Source of the DNA: Nitrosopumilus sp.
GTDB lineage: Archaea; Thermoproteota; Nitrososphaeria; Nitrososphaerales; Nitrosopumilaceae
Length of the DNA stretch: 64,000 bases
Reading direction: 5' to 3'
Assembly: GCA_965205425.1 (NCBI GenBank)
Contig: CBDBGZ010000009.1
Location: forward strand, 128,001-192,000
Positions 20,697 through 30,713 of this stretch are shown here, one piece after another. The notes under the pieces were generated by a model. It had not been told where the DNA came from. It searched no databases and was given only the letters and a program-made list of their open reading frames with translations. The translations under genes and the position numbers were made by a program. The first letter of the stretch is position 1; every line of letters starts with the position of its first letter.

Positions 20697-21958
20697 GAAG
20701 AGAATTTGATTATTAAAAATAATAATGCAAATCCAATTAAAAATACAATTCCTATAACACTAGTAATTTTCATAATTACAGATGGATGGTCTAATTTTGG
20801 AAGGTATTTTCCAGTAACTAGTCTAAAATTGAAAATAGCAATTATTGGGGCAACGACAAAAGACAAAACAGTAGCAAAATCTACTAGGGCTTTGAGATTA
20901 TTACCAAACTGGAAGATTACAATTAGTGAACCAATTGCAATTATCAAAAGAAGAGCAATATACAAAATTCTAGATTTTACACCTTGAATATTCTCATTTT
21001 GAGTAAAAAGGAGTTCAATAGTTCTTTTCAGAGACCTAGAATATCCATCAAATACTGCAATAATAGTTCCAAACATTATTGCAAAAGCTGAAGCTGAAAT
21101 TATGACATGACTCCAATCTCCAATGGTTTGAGTGTATAACGTAACTACTTCATGTGCAAATTGAGCATTGTTATTTGGAAGTTCTTCTCCAGACCCAAAG
21201 AAAATGTAAGAACCCAAAGTTACAAACATTATTGCAAGAACACCTGTAAGAAAATATGCAAATTTGAATTCAAATATAGTTTCTTTTAATCGAGGTTTGT
21301 AGTTTGATTGTTTAATTCGTTCTAATGTCCACAAACTATTCCAACTAGATATTTCTAAAGGTGCAGGCATCCAACCCATTAATGCCAACAAAAAGAAAAT
21401 ACCAGATACGGTTAGCAAATCTTTTGGTGTAAATCCTTCAACAGGTTCTATTGGTCCATTGTATAAAACAAGAAGAAAAGCAGTTACAGTAGATACCAAC
21501 ATTACTATTGCAACAATTTTAATCAAACTATCAAGAGCATTATATTTTCCAATTACCAATATCACAACACAGATAGCAAATAAAATAACTACAGTCCACT
21601 CACCTAAAAAATTAATTCCAAAAAGATTCTCAAAAAATCCTGCAGTAACAAATCCTACTGCACCTGTAACAAAAAACATTGAAGTGATTATTAAAATAAA
21701 ATATAGCCATAATGCAGGTTTGCCTAGTTTTTTGTAACCATCTATGATACTGGTTTGTGTAGAATTAGCATAACGGGAACCATATTCAAAGAAAGGATAT
21801 TTCAATATTATGGCTAAAATTACAAATCCCATAATCAACAAGCCAAAGTCAGCACCAGCTCTTGTAGATTGAATTAGATGTGAAACGCCAATGGCAGTAC
21901 TAGCAAATAAAATACCAGGTCCTGCAGTTTTGAAAAATCTAGATAATTTTTGATTCAT
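20666..21958 (-). CDS. NRAMP-like divalent metal transporter; C-terminus now read into the IS end
   Basis: GPGILFASTAIGVSHLIQSTRAGA, LMGWMPAP; last residues IFSGNYFTP come from the IS terminus. Confidence 0.85.
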   Translation of the reverse strand: MNQKLSRFFKTAGPGILFASTAIGVSHLIQSTRAGADFGLLIMGFVILAIILKYPFFEYGSRYANSTQTSIIDGYKKLGKPALWLYFILIITSMFFVTGAVGFVTAGFFENLFGINFLGEWTVVILFAICVVILVIGKYNALDSLIKIVAIVMLVSTVTAFLLVLYNGPIEPVEGFTPKDLLTVSGIFFLLALMGWMPAPLEISSWNSLWTLERIKQSNYKPRLKETIFEFKFAYFLTGVLAIMFVTLGSYIFFGSGEELPNNNAQFAHEVVTLYTQTIGDWSHVIISASAFAIMFGTIIAVFDGYSRSLKRTIELLFTQNENIQGVKSRILYIALLLIIAIGSLIVIFQFGNNLKALVDFATVLSFVVAPIIAIFNFRLVTGKYLPKLDHPSVIMKITSVIGIVFLIGFALLFLIIKFSSIFSGNYFTP

Positions 21959-21962
21959 TATA

Positions 21963-22328
21963 TCAGACAGGAACTATATTCCAGGAATCATCAACCCAAA
22001 CACCAATAATTTTGGCATTAAAATTCCACGATGAAATTACTTTAACTGCATTTTTAATTTGGGCAATATGTTCTTCATCAGATACAGGATTTGCAGCACA
22101 ATCATAGTGACCAGATACAACAACTAGTTCAGATTTGTGGGCATTGATAGAAATTCCAATTTTTGTTTTAATTGATTCAACTACATTAGAGATGGTTTTA
22201 TCTACGCCAGGTTCTGTTATTGTATCCACATAATCTGCTGAAAAATTTTCTTTTATCCACTTGTTTAGTGGAATCTGAATTCTTCCATCCATACAAGATA
22301 CAGATGTTGCAAATTTTCCTTCAGCCAT
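21963..22328 (-). CDS. putative small beta-type carbonic anhydrase
   Basis: CMDGR and GHYDC zinc ligands. Confidence 0.75.
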   Translation of the reverse strand: MAEGKFATSVSCMDGRIQIPLNKWIKENFSADYVDTITEPGVDKTISNVVESIKTKIGISINAHKSELVVVSGHYDCAANPVSDEEHIAQIKNAVKVISSWNFNAKIIGVWVDDSWNIVPV

Positions 22329-22358
22329 GATTAATTGAAAAATAATCTACCTTAAAAA

Positions 22359-22937
22359 TTATTTTTTATACAAATAACAATCAGAGGTATGATCATTTAC
22401 CATACCTATTGCTTGCATCAAGGCATAACAAATTGTAGGGCCTACAAAATTAAAACCACGTTTTTTAAGATCTTTACTTAATTTTTCAGAAATTTCAGTT
22501 GATGCAGGCAAATCAGACATTTTTTTGAATTTATTTTTAATGGGTTTGTGATTCACAAATTCCCACAAATAGTCATCAAAAGAACCAAATTCTGATTGGA
22601 TTTTTAAGAACTGTTTTGCATTGTTAATTGCAGAATTCACTTTGAGACGATTTCGAATTATCGATTCATCTAAAAGCATCTTTTCAACACGCTCTTGAGA
22701 ATATTTTGCTACTTTTTTTGGGTTAAAATTTGAAAATACCTTCCTATATCCATCTCGTCTTTTGAGGATAGTCACCCATGAAAGGCCAGCCTGAGCCCCC
22801 TCCAATATCAAAAATTCAAATAATTTTTGATCATCATGTTCAGGAATTCCCCATTCATTATCATGATATGTTGTATTTGGTTCGTCTTTTGCCCACGTAC
22901 ATCTCTTTTTCACAGTTTGATTTATCAAATGATACAA
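22359..22937 (-). CDS. tag: DNA-3-methyladenine glycosylase I
   Basis: RCTW, YHDNEWG, LEGAQAGLSW, IIRNRLK, FVGPT, GMVNDH..C. Confidence 0.95.
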   Translation of the reverse strand: MYHLINQTVKKRCTWAKDEPNTTYHDNEWGIPEHDDQKLFEFLILEGAQAGLSWVTILKRRDGYRKVFSNFNPKKVAKYSQERVEKMLLDESIIRNRLKVNSAINNAKQFLKIQSEFGSFDDYLWEFVNHKPIKNKFKKMSDLPASTEISEKLSKDLKKRGFNFVGPTICYALMQAIGMVNDHTSDCYLYKK

Positions 22938-22961
22938 AATATTAGTTACTAAAGAAAGATT

Positions 22962-23387
22962 ATGAAACTAAATCCACAGCTAGTACAAATTAACAGAAAC
23001 TTTCTCATTTGTTTTGTTATTTCAGCATCACTATCTGCTGTAGCATCTCAACTATTAGGAGATCAAGAAAATTATCTCAACACAACAATCACAATAATTA
23101 TTGGATACATCATTTACTTTGGAATTTTTTCAATCTTGTTTTATTTTGATAACAGGGATCGTTACAAATCCATGAAATCAAATTTAATAAAAAAAGAATT
23201 GTTAACTTTAATTTCATCATTTGGGGTAGGTGAAATAATTTATCTCGGAATCAGATGGCCAACTCTGTATTACTTTTTAGAAATTGGGATTGAACCGTAT
23301 TTGGCATCACTAATTTCAGAAGTTATTACAACAGGATGCTATATGACATCAGTAACGATTTTTTTAAGAAAAACAAAAACGTTTTAG
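22962..23387 (+). CDS. membrane hypothetical protein
   Basis: About four hydrophobic segments. Confidence 0.65.
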   Translation: MKLNPQLVQINRNFLICFVISASLSAVASQLLGDQENYLNTTITIIIGYIIYFGIFSILFYFDNRDRYKSMKSNLIKKELLTLISSFGVGEIIYLGIRWPTLYYFLEIGIEPYLASLISEVITTGCYMTSVTIFLRKTKTF

Positions 23388-23786
23388 TTATTTTGCTAAC
23401 TGGGTAACTAAATCAGTGGATGTGATTACCCCTACTATTTTTCCATTTTCAGTTACGGCTAATTTTCTAATTTTTTTAGTTGTCATTCTTTCTGCTGCAG
23501 CAGAGATTGGTTCATTGTGATTAATCGTAATCAAAGGAGTTGACATTATGTTTTCTACAGCAGTTGCAAGAGGAAGATCATTTGCTGCAATTCTTGTTGC
23601 ATAATCTCTGTCAGTTACAATGCCCACAGGTTTACCATTATCTTGGACAAATACTGCTCCTATTCCACCTTGTTCCATCATTTTTGCAACTTGCAATGCA
23701 GTAGTAGAACAATTAACAGTGATTAATGCTTTGGTCATAATATCCTGAATTAGAATAGAAGAATAATTGAAATCTTCACGACTCAT
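23388..23786 (-). CDS. CBS domain protein
   Basis: DIMT..PVGIVTDRD..IMSTP..VGVITSTDL. Confidence 0.9.
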   Translation of the reverse strand: MSREDFNYSSILIQDIMTKALITVNCSTTALQVAKMMEQGGIGAVFVQDNGKPVGIVTDRDYATRIAANDLPLATAVENIMSTPLITINHNEPISAAAERMTTKKIRKLAVTENGKIVGVITSTDLVTQLAK

Positions 23787-23846
23787 TATTTGGTTAAGGG
23801 ATCATAATATTTAAGATCTTCAGATTCAAATAAAAAATTTGGGCGA

Positions 23847-23939
23847 TTAAATTTTAGAGAGAATCTTTTTCTTTTTTTCTTCAAATTCTTTCTTTGTAAT
23901 AATTCCTGCCTTTTGTAAATCTCCAAGTTTTTTTAACAA
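23847..23939 (-). pseudogene. 3' remnant of a SHOCT-domain gene
   Basis: LLKKLGDLQKAGIITKKEFEEKKKKILSKI* with no 5' part. Confidence 0.7.
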
Positions 23940-24141
23940 AGATCTATTCAAAAAATTCTACCAAGTTGATGCAACACTCACTAGAGAACGAGGTGGAAGT
24001 GGATTAGGTTTAGCAATCTGTAAAGGAATTATCGATAACCATCACGGTGAAATTTCTGTTCACAGCATTCCAAATCAAGGTGCAACATTTTCATTTACAA
24101 TTCCAAAAAACCATAGTGAAACAGCAAAAACAGCATTATAA
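23938..24141 (+). pseudogene. 3' remnant of a sensor histidine kinase (HATPase_c F/G2 boxes)
   Basis: KDLFKKFYQVD..RERGGSGLGLAICKGIIDNHHGEI..QGATFSFTIP with no 5' part. Confidence 0.85.
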
Positions 24142-24218
24142 TCTACTTAAAGAAAACAAACTTTCAGAACTAAAATCACTCACACTCTTGACAAAATGTA
24201 GATTTATTCAAATACATT

Positions 24219-24359
24219 ATGGAACAGTCTCACGATAAAAATAAGGAATTTTACAAAAATTGTACTGAATATTTTGAATTTTTACGTAAAAAAGGCACCA
24301 CAGATTATGAATTTGAAGACGAATACTATTTCACCATGCCTGCAATTTCAAGTCATTAA
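24219..24359 (+). CDS. small hypothetical protein (46 aa)
   Basis: Manual translation MEQSHDKNKEFYKNCTEYFEFLRKKG... Confidence 0.5.
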   Translation: MEQSHDKNKEFYKNCTEYFEFLRKKGTTDYEFEDEYYFTMPAISSH

Positions 24360-24399
24360 CTAACAGAAGACTTACGAATCGCTTAAAAATTCAGATATC

Positions 24400-25812
24400 A
24401 TGGATACGGAGTTACAAAATCTTGCAGAAAAGGCAATTAATTATGCTGAGAAATCAGGGGCCAAATATTGCGATGTAAGGGCAGAACAACAAGAACTAAA
24501 ATCAGTACTTTTAGAAAACAATGAAACAGAATATGTCAATACAAATGATGATAGAGGAATAGGAATTAGAATTATCAAAGACAACATATGGAGTTTTTGT
24601 TCAATTACAAATCCAAAATCATATGATCAAATTAAAGATGCAATTGATAATTCTTTTAAAATTAACAATGACAATTCAAAAAATGAAATTGATCTTCATC
24701 CAAATATTATAAAGAAAATTAAAGTGGATTATCCAGTAATAATAAAACCAGAAATAGATGAGATAATTAAATTAGGGTTAGAGTGTAATAAAATTATTTT
24801 AGATACTCCAAAAATTATAAAGTCAATTGTACATCCATGGTATACAACAAATTCAAAATACTTTGTAAATTCAGAGGGCTCAGAAATATTACAAAACTTT
24901 ACAGATGTTGTAATAGATATGATAGCAACTGCACATGAATCTGGAATCACACAATCTCTAAACATTACTGAGGGAGGACGCGGAGGATTAGAACAAATTA
25001 TTGATAAAAATAAAATTCAACATAGTGCAAAAGAGATTTCAATTAAAGCATCACAATTAACACTTGCAAAATCAGCTAAAGAAGAAAAAGCTACAGTAAT
25101 TATGAATCCAGATTTTGTGTCTTTACTTACACATGAAATATTGGGACATCCATCTGAAGCAGATAGAGTATTAGGAAAAGAGATGGCATGGGCAGGAGGT
25201 GCATGGTGGAAAAATAAGATTGGAGAAAAAATCGGGTCAGATAATCTAAATGTGTTTGATGATCCGACAATAAAAGAAAGTTTAGGATGGTATTTGTTTG
25301 ATGATGAAGGAGTTGAAACTAAAAAAACTAATCTTGTGGAAAATGGAGTATTGAAAAGTCATATGCAAAATAGAGAGACATCTCAAATTTTTAATTCCCC
25401 TCCAACAGGAAACATGAGAGCCACAAACTATAGATTCATGCCTCTGATTCGTATGGCTTGTACTTGTATAGATAAAGGAGATTGGAATGTGGATGAAATG
25501 ATAAAAGATGTCAAAGAAGGTTATCTTATTTCAAATATGAAAATCCCTTCAATAGACATGAAACGTTACAATTGGAGCATATCATGCCAATATGCACAAA
25601 AAATTGAGAATGGTGAAATTAAAGATTTGTTAAGAGATGTAATAGTCATGGGAACAGCACCAGATTTCTTCAAATCAATAGATGCATGTGGAAATGATTT
25701 TACAGTTAGGCCCATAACAAATTGTGGGAAAGGAGATCCGATGCAATCAATGATAATGGGGAATGGAGGACCATCCATAAGAGGCACTGCAACGGTAAAG
25801 AGTGTAAATTAG
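24400..25812 (+). CDS. tldD: TldD family metalloprotease
   Basis: HEILGHPSEAD, FDDEG, CGKG motifs. Confidence 0.88.
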   Translation: MDTELQNLAEKAINYAEKSGAKYCDVRAEQQELKSVLLENNETEYVNTNDDRGIGIRIIKDNIWSFCSITNPKSYDQIKDAIDNSFKINNDNSKNEIDLHPNIIKKIKVDYPVIIKPEIDEIIKLGLECNKIILDTPKIIKSIVHPWYTTNSKYFVNSEGSEILQNFTDVVIDMIATAHESGITQSLNITEGGRGGLEQIIDKNKIQHSAKEISIKASQLTLAKSAKEEKATVIMNPDFVSLLTHEILGHPSEADRVLGKEMAWAGGAWWKNKIGEKIGSDNLNVFDDPTIKESLGWYLFDDEGVETKKTNLVENGVLKSHMQNRETSQIFNSPPTGNMRATNYRFMPLIRMACTCIDKGDWNVDEMIKDVKEGYLISNMKIPSIDMKRYNWSISCQYAQKIENGEIKDLLRDVIVMGTAPDFFKSIDACGNDFTVRPITNCGKGDPMQSMIMGNGGPSIRGTATVKSVN

Positions 25813-25815
25813 AAA

Positions 25816-26409
25816 ATGAACCAAAAATTAGAAAAGATAAAACAAAATGTAATTGAATGTACAAAATGTGAACTGAGTGAAACCAGAGCAAACTCTGTAC
25901 CAGGTAAAGGGAATTTTCACTCTAATGTGATTTTTGTGGGAGAGGCACCCGGAAAAAATGAAGACAAGCATGGAGAGCCATTCATCGGAATTGCTGGAAA
26001 AAAATTATCAGCAGCTTTAGAAAATGCAGGAATAACAAGGGATGAAGTATACATTACAAACATTGTAAAATGTAGACCTCCAAAAAACAGAGTTCCTACT
26101 ACAAATGAAAGAAACACGTGTCAAGAATATCTAAAACAGGAAATTTCAATTATCAAACCAAAAATAATTTGCATATTAGGAAATACTGCATTTAATTCAC
26201 TTTTAGGAGGTTCAGAAATTACAAAATTCAGAGGCAAAGTAGTTACAAAAGATAATCAATTATATTTTTTAACTGTACATCCAGCAGCTACAATTTACAA
26301 TCAAGAACTAATTCAAGTATTAAATAATGACATTCGAAAATTATTTGGTTTAATCACAGAGTTAAAAAACAATAAAGAAATTAAAATAGATATTGACTAT
26401 TCTGCCTAG
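25816..26409 (+). CDS. uracil-DNA glycosylase family 4
   Basis: CTKC, VGEAPG, VKCRPP, HPAA. Confidence 0.93.
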   Translation: MNQKLEKIKQNVIECTKCELSETRANSVPGKGNFHSNVIFVGEAPGKNEDKHGEPFIGIAGKKLSAALENAGITRDEVYITNIVKCRPPKNRVPTTNERNTCQEYLKQEISIIKPKIICILGNTAFNSLLGGSEITKFRGKVVTKDNQLYFLTVHPAATIYNQELIQVLNNDIRKLFGLITELKNNKEIKIDIDYSA

Positions 26410-26950
26410 GGAATTTTATTCAAAAGATACAGTAACTGTTGCAAAAAATCTCTTAGGGAAAAAAATTATTAGGAAAATAGGAAAACAGGAAATTTCAGGG
26501 ATCATTATTGAAACTGAAGCATATAGGCATAAAGACGATCCAGCAAGTCACGCATTTAACAAAATAACCAAAAGAAACAAGGTTATGTTTGAAGAGGTAG
26601 GTTTAGCATATGTTTATTTCACATATGGAATGTACTTTTGTTTCAATGTTGTAGCCCGAAAACCCAAAATGAAAGCAGGTGCAGTATTAATTCGTGCAAT
26701 TAAACCTGAAAAAGGAATTAAGATTATGCAGACTAATAGAGGCAATGTAAATTTGAAAAATCTTTCCAATGGACCAGCAAAATTAGCACAAGCACTCAAT
26801 ATCACCAAAGAACATTATGGGATAGATCTGACAAAAAAATCAAAACTGTTTATATCTGAAGGAATTAAATCAAAAAAAATAATTGCATCACCAAGAGTAG
26901 GAATTACAAAAGCTACTGACAAATTATGGAATTTTAAAATAACAATCTAA
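26393..26950 (+). CDS. 3-methyladenine DNA glycosylase (MPG/AAG family)
   Basis: IIETEAY, DPASH, YVYFTYGM, AVLIRA, NGPAKL, RVGI. Confidence 0.92.
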   Translation: MTILPREFYSKDTVTVAKNLLGKKIIRKIGKQEISGIIIETEAYRHKDDPASHAFNKITKRNKVMFEEVGLAYVYFTYGMYFCFNVVARKPKMKAGAVLIRAIKPEKGIKIMQTNRGNVNLKNLSNGPAKLAQALNITKEHYGIDLTKKSKLFISEGIKSKKIIASPRVGITKATDKLWNFKITI

Positions 26951-27579
26951 TCTTTATTGTTTTCATCTAATGTCCAAGGTGCAAACTTTCCAAGAATTCT
27001 TGCCCAATCTAATCTTAATAACAACACAATAACTGCAGTCATCATTACTCCAAAAATTATAATTCCAATGTAGATAGGAGTAGCATCATTAACATTTTCA
27101 AGATAAGGTTCGATTAAAGATAATCCTAAATGATGTGAAATAAATACAATTGAATAACTTAGTACAATTTTTCCAGTCAAAGTTGCAATAAAGAATCGCT
27201 TTGGATTGTATTTTGCTAATCCTAACGGCACATACACCAAATCATCAGGAATTGGAGTTGCTGCAGCAAAAAATGCTGCTGCTGCACCATATTTTTTAAT
27301 TAATCTTTCAAATGGGCGCATTCGTTTTCGAGTTTTTTCATTAATCATTCTCCTACCTCTAGAGCTAATGTAAAAAATAATTTGTTTTGCAATAGTTGCA
27401 GTTATTGCAGATACCAATGCCAAAATATGTAGATCGTATTGATTGCCAACAGACATTGTAGCAAGAAGTAAAAATCCAGGTAATGGAACAAAAGGTACCA
27501 AAGAACCAAAGAAATTGACCAAAGCTAAAAGAGAATAACCCACATCGGGGGCAAATGGAAATATGTCAATAAAATCCAC
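26947..27579 (-). CDS. DedA/VTT-family membrane protein
   Basis: AATPIPDDLVYVPLG..FFIATLTGK. Confidence 0.8.
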   Translation of the reverse strand: MDFIDIFPFAPDVGYSLLALVNFFGSLVPFVPLPGFLLLATMSVGNQYDLHILALVSAITATIAKQIIFYISSRGRRMINEKTRKRMRPFERLIKKYGAAAAFFAAATPIPDDLVYVPLGLAKYNPKRFFIATLTGKIVLSYSIVFISHHLGLSLIEPYLENVNDATPIYIGIIIFGVMMTAVIVLLLRLDWARILGKFAPWTLDENNKD

Positions 27580-27714
27580 AAATCAAACTATTTTTGACGT
27601 TATTTAATGAAAACGATGTTTTTGGAGAATAATTAGTTATTTTGAATATGAAAATAAACGTGTAAAATGTAATATCAATACATCAAAGAAGCAACCAGTA
27701 TTTCACAAATTCAA

Positions 27715-28086
27715 TTAACCATCATTAAATTCCTGAATGATCTTTTTTTGGATAATTTCTAACTTGGATTCAATTTCAAGTATATCACAATCAATATCAG
27801 TACTTACCAACATCAAATCATTCTCACCAATAGAAAGAGTGATTAGATATACCTCATCATATCTAGATATCTCAAAATGAGGCATTCCAAGTTTGTGTTT
27901 TAATGATTTTCTTGACCCCCAACGAATAACTGCAGATCGTAAACTACTCATAGTTTCATCAATTGTAAGTATAGATTCTAATCCATCACGAAGTAAACAA
28001 GTTAATTCTGATTGATAATAAAGTCCTACAAATCTGATTTTAGGATCAAGTGATATAATTTCTTTACAAAATTCATCCAAATTCAC
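27715..28086 (-). CDS. thaumarchaeal roadblock/profilin-like small protein (likely GTG start)
   Basis: CKEIISLDPKIRFVG, similar to 29913-30287; the longer ORF in the track extends into the IS630 end. Confidence 0.6.
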   Translation of the reverse strand: MNLDEFCKEIISLDPKIRFVGLYYQSELTCLLRDGLESILTIDETMSSLRSAVIRWGSRKSLKHKLGMPHFEISRYDEVYLITLSIGENDLMLVSTDIDCDILEIESKLEIIQKKIIQEFNDG

Positions 28087-28106
28087 ACCATAGGAAGGGA
28101 AACATA

Positions 28107-29188
28107 TAGCGAAAAGATAAAGTTCGTGAACTAAATTATTCCAAAACAAAAAACTTTTTGATCACTATGTATGGTAAAATTTGATGAACAAGTTAGAATC
28201 ACTTGAAAGCAGCATACAAAAAAAACTCCAAGGTTGCAGTAAGGATGCTTGCAGTGTTGATGATTCTAAAGGATGGAAAGGACATACAGTGCACTGCAAA
28301 GACATTACACCACTGCACAAGCTGGGTGAGAAAATGGACGAGTCGTTTTGAGATAGATGGCCTCTACGACCACCCAAGAAGTGGCAGGCCAAGAACAATC
28401 TCCCAGACTCGAATGGATGCTATCATGTCAAAAGCAATGCTAACTTTGTTTACCCCCATAATGTTGCAACAAAGTATCTTTTATTCCACTGGAGTAAAAT
28501 TTCACATAACCCACATCAGAAAGATAATGCACCAATACGGCATGTCTGCAAAAACTGCACAAAAATATCACATCAACCATGCAAGTATATCTGCTGTGAG
28601 AAGCTGGCAACAACGCATCAAAAAGAGAATTTCACGCCTAAAAAAGAAAGGATTTGTAATTGCAATGGCTGATGAAGCATTCTTTGTAAGGGATACAAAA
28701 ACAGGAAAAAAGTACTGGTCACCAGTTGCCAAGAGAATATTTCTTCCATATACAGGACGACATGAGAGTCTGGCAGTGTATGGTACAATTACAGAAAATG
28801 GTGATCAACTATTCAGAGTTTATGACAAATTCAATGCTGTAACATTTGTAGAATATCTAAAAGAGTTACATTGGAAATATGGCAAGATTGCAATATGCTA
28901 GACTGAGCATCAGTTCACAAATCAAAAAAAGTAAAAGAATATCTTGCAAACAATAGAGATGTCAAACTAATATGGTTGCCAAAAGGATCACCATACTTGA
29001 AGAACATGATAGAACAGTCCTGGAAGATAAGCAAGTATGCGTTGTTGGTATCAGAATATTGTGCAATGTTTACGATGATGAATGATGCAGTGTCAAAATA
29101 TTTTAGAGTAACAAGATTCAAGCTTGATGTTGCAAATTATATCTTTAGAAATCCTGCAAAGATGTTTGCGAACTTTTGATCGTCGCTA
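28107..29188 (+). mobile_element. IS630-family element, decayed
   Basis: TIRs TAGCGAAAAGATAAAGTTCG / TAGCGACGATCAAAAGTTCG; TA duplicated on both sides. Confidence 0.85.
28183..29179 (+). pseudogene. IS630 transposase pseudogene
   Basis: PRSGRP, ADEA, LPKGSPYL..IE motifs; frameshift near 28200, frameshift plus TGA near 28900 at the second catalytic Asp. Confidence 0.85.
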
Positions 29189-29341
29189 TACAATGAACAA
29201 AACATGATAAGATCCTTAGCTTTTTCTATTTGAATAATTTGAGAATTGACTCAAAAATTAGAATTAGTTATGCCCATGTCTCATTTATATCAAATTTTTT
29301 ATGATTGGGGTTTAATTCCATTGTTACCTAAAAATCCAAAC

Positions 29342-29698
29342 TTAGTTAGTCATTACCTGTAATAATTCACTTAGTTGAACTGGTTTTTTAAGAAAAGTTA
29401 CAATACCTTCTTTTTTTGTAATAGTTTCAATATCAACATTCGAAATTGAAGACACAGTTAAAATGATGATTTTATTATTTTGAAGCGAATCATCTTTTTC
29501 CAGAGATTCAATTACATCAAGACCTCCAAATTCAGGCATCGACATATCTAAAATCACATAATCAAAAGTTTGATTTTTTATTAAATTAAGAGCATTAGAA
29601 CCACTATTAGAAATTACACATTCATAACCCTTCAATGAAAGATATTTTGAGAACATTTCGGTGATGTCAACATTGTCATCAACAACTAAAACTTTCAT
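29342..29698 (-). CDS. single-domain response regulator
   Basis: VLVVDD, ILDMSMPEFGG, FLKKP. Confidence 0.92.
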   Translation of the reverse strand: MKVLVVDDNVDITEMFSKYLSLKGYECVISNSGSNALNLIKNQTFDYVILDMSMPEFGGLDVIESLEKDDSLQNNKIIILTVSSISNVDIETITKKEGIVTFLKKPVQLSELLQVMTN

Positions 29699-29912
29699 GA
29701 TAAGTATTAGGTTGTAGTTATTTGTAATCGATAGTGTGTAACATAAGTTACGGACACATGATATTAGTGTAATATTCTAATCATATGGTATGAAAATACG
29801 TCTAAAAGGAACCTAACAGATTATTATGAATAATTAGAAGTCGTTTTTAGTAAATTTTGTCTTAAAACACAACAATAATGATTAAAATATCATCTTTTTA
29901 CAGCCTAAGAAG

Positions 29913-30287
29913 ATGTCAAAGAAAGATTTTGAAAAAATTTGTGATAATATTGCCACAATTAGTCCATTCATCAGATTTGTAGGCGTAATAGGAGAAAGTG
30001 GAAATTTGCTAGCATACAAAAGAAGGCCAGATTTAGTGCCGCTTCTAAATGAAAAGAATACTCAGTATCAATTTTCACACATTGCGATAAAGACAGATTT
30101 GGAGGGCTTTTTTGACAAGAATTTAGGAGGGATAGAATTTGTGTGGGAAGAGCGAAAAAAAGTGCAGACTATTTCATTTGCTATCAAAAAATCAAGGGTG
30201 TGGATTTCAATTGATAAAAAAGTGATCAGATCAGAAATGCTTCGAATTATAGATTCGTGTTTACCCATAGTAAAAAAATATTCCTGA
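29913..30287 (+). CDS. thaumarchaeal roadblock/profilin-like protein
   Basis: CDNIATISPFIRFVGVI..RPDLVPLL. Confidence 0.65.
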   Translation: MSKKDFEKICDNIATISPFIRFVGVIGESGNLLAYKRRPDLVPLLNEKNTQYQFSHIAIKTDLEGFFDKNLGGIEFVWEERKKVQTISFAIKKSRVWISIDKKVIRSEMLRIIDSCLPIVKKYS

Positions 30288-30417
30288 TACGTTGAAGTGC
30301 CCCTATTGTGAAATCAATTTGGATTCACTTAGTATGACTGATGGATTAAAGCACATATTAAAACATAAAAAAAGAAATACAAAATTAAAATATTTGAGTA
30401 TTTTTTATTAAAAAATA

Positions 30418-30705
30418 ATGATAGAATCAGATGAAATTCAAAAATTAATTGACGAAATAAGTTTTAGAAAATCAAATACAAAGAATTTTGAAAATATGAA
30501 AGCAGAAGAAATCAGTAAAGAATTAAGAGAAATAATGAAATTTGAACAAGAGTCATTTAAAAAAATTGAAGAGTTTGAAAAAACTCAGAAAAATACAGAT
30601 TTGATTCAATACGCAAAAATGATTTCAAGAAATACTACAGGTAGAGAAATTGCAACATTACAAGAAATATACTTAAAAAAAATTGATGAAGAATATCTTA
30701 ATTAA
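30418..30705 (+). CDS. hypothetical protein
   Basis: 95-aa ORF. Confidence 0.65.
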   Translation: MIESDEIQKLIDEISFRKSNTKNFENMKAEEISKELREIMKFEQESFKKIEEFEKTQKNTDLIQYAKMISRNTTGREIATLQEIYLKKIDEEYLN

Positions 30706-30713
30706 AAATAAAT

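Noticed and set aside
24047..24238. 63-aa ORF from the track
   Set aside because: Out-of-frame overlap with the histidine-kinase remnant
29738..29751. GTAAC-ATAA-GTTAC palindrome upstream of the response regulator
   Set aside because: 5-bp arms are expected by chance; no second copy seen
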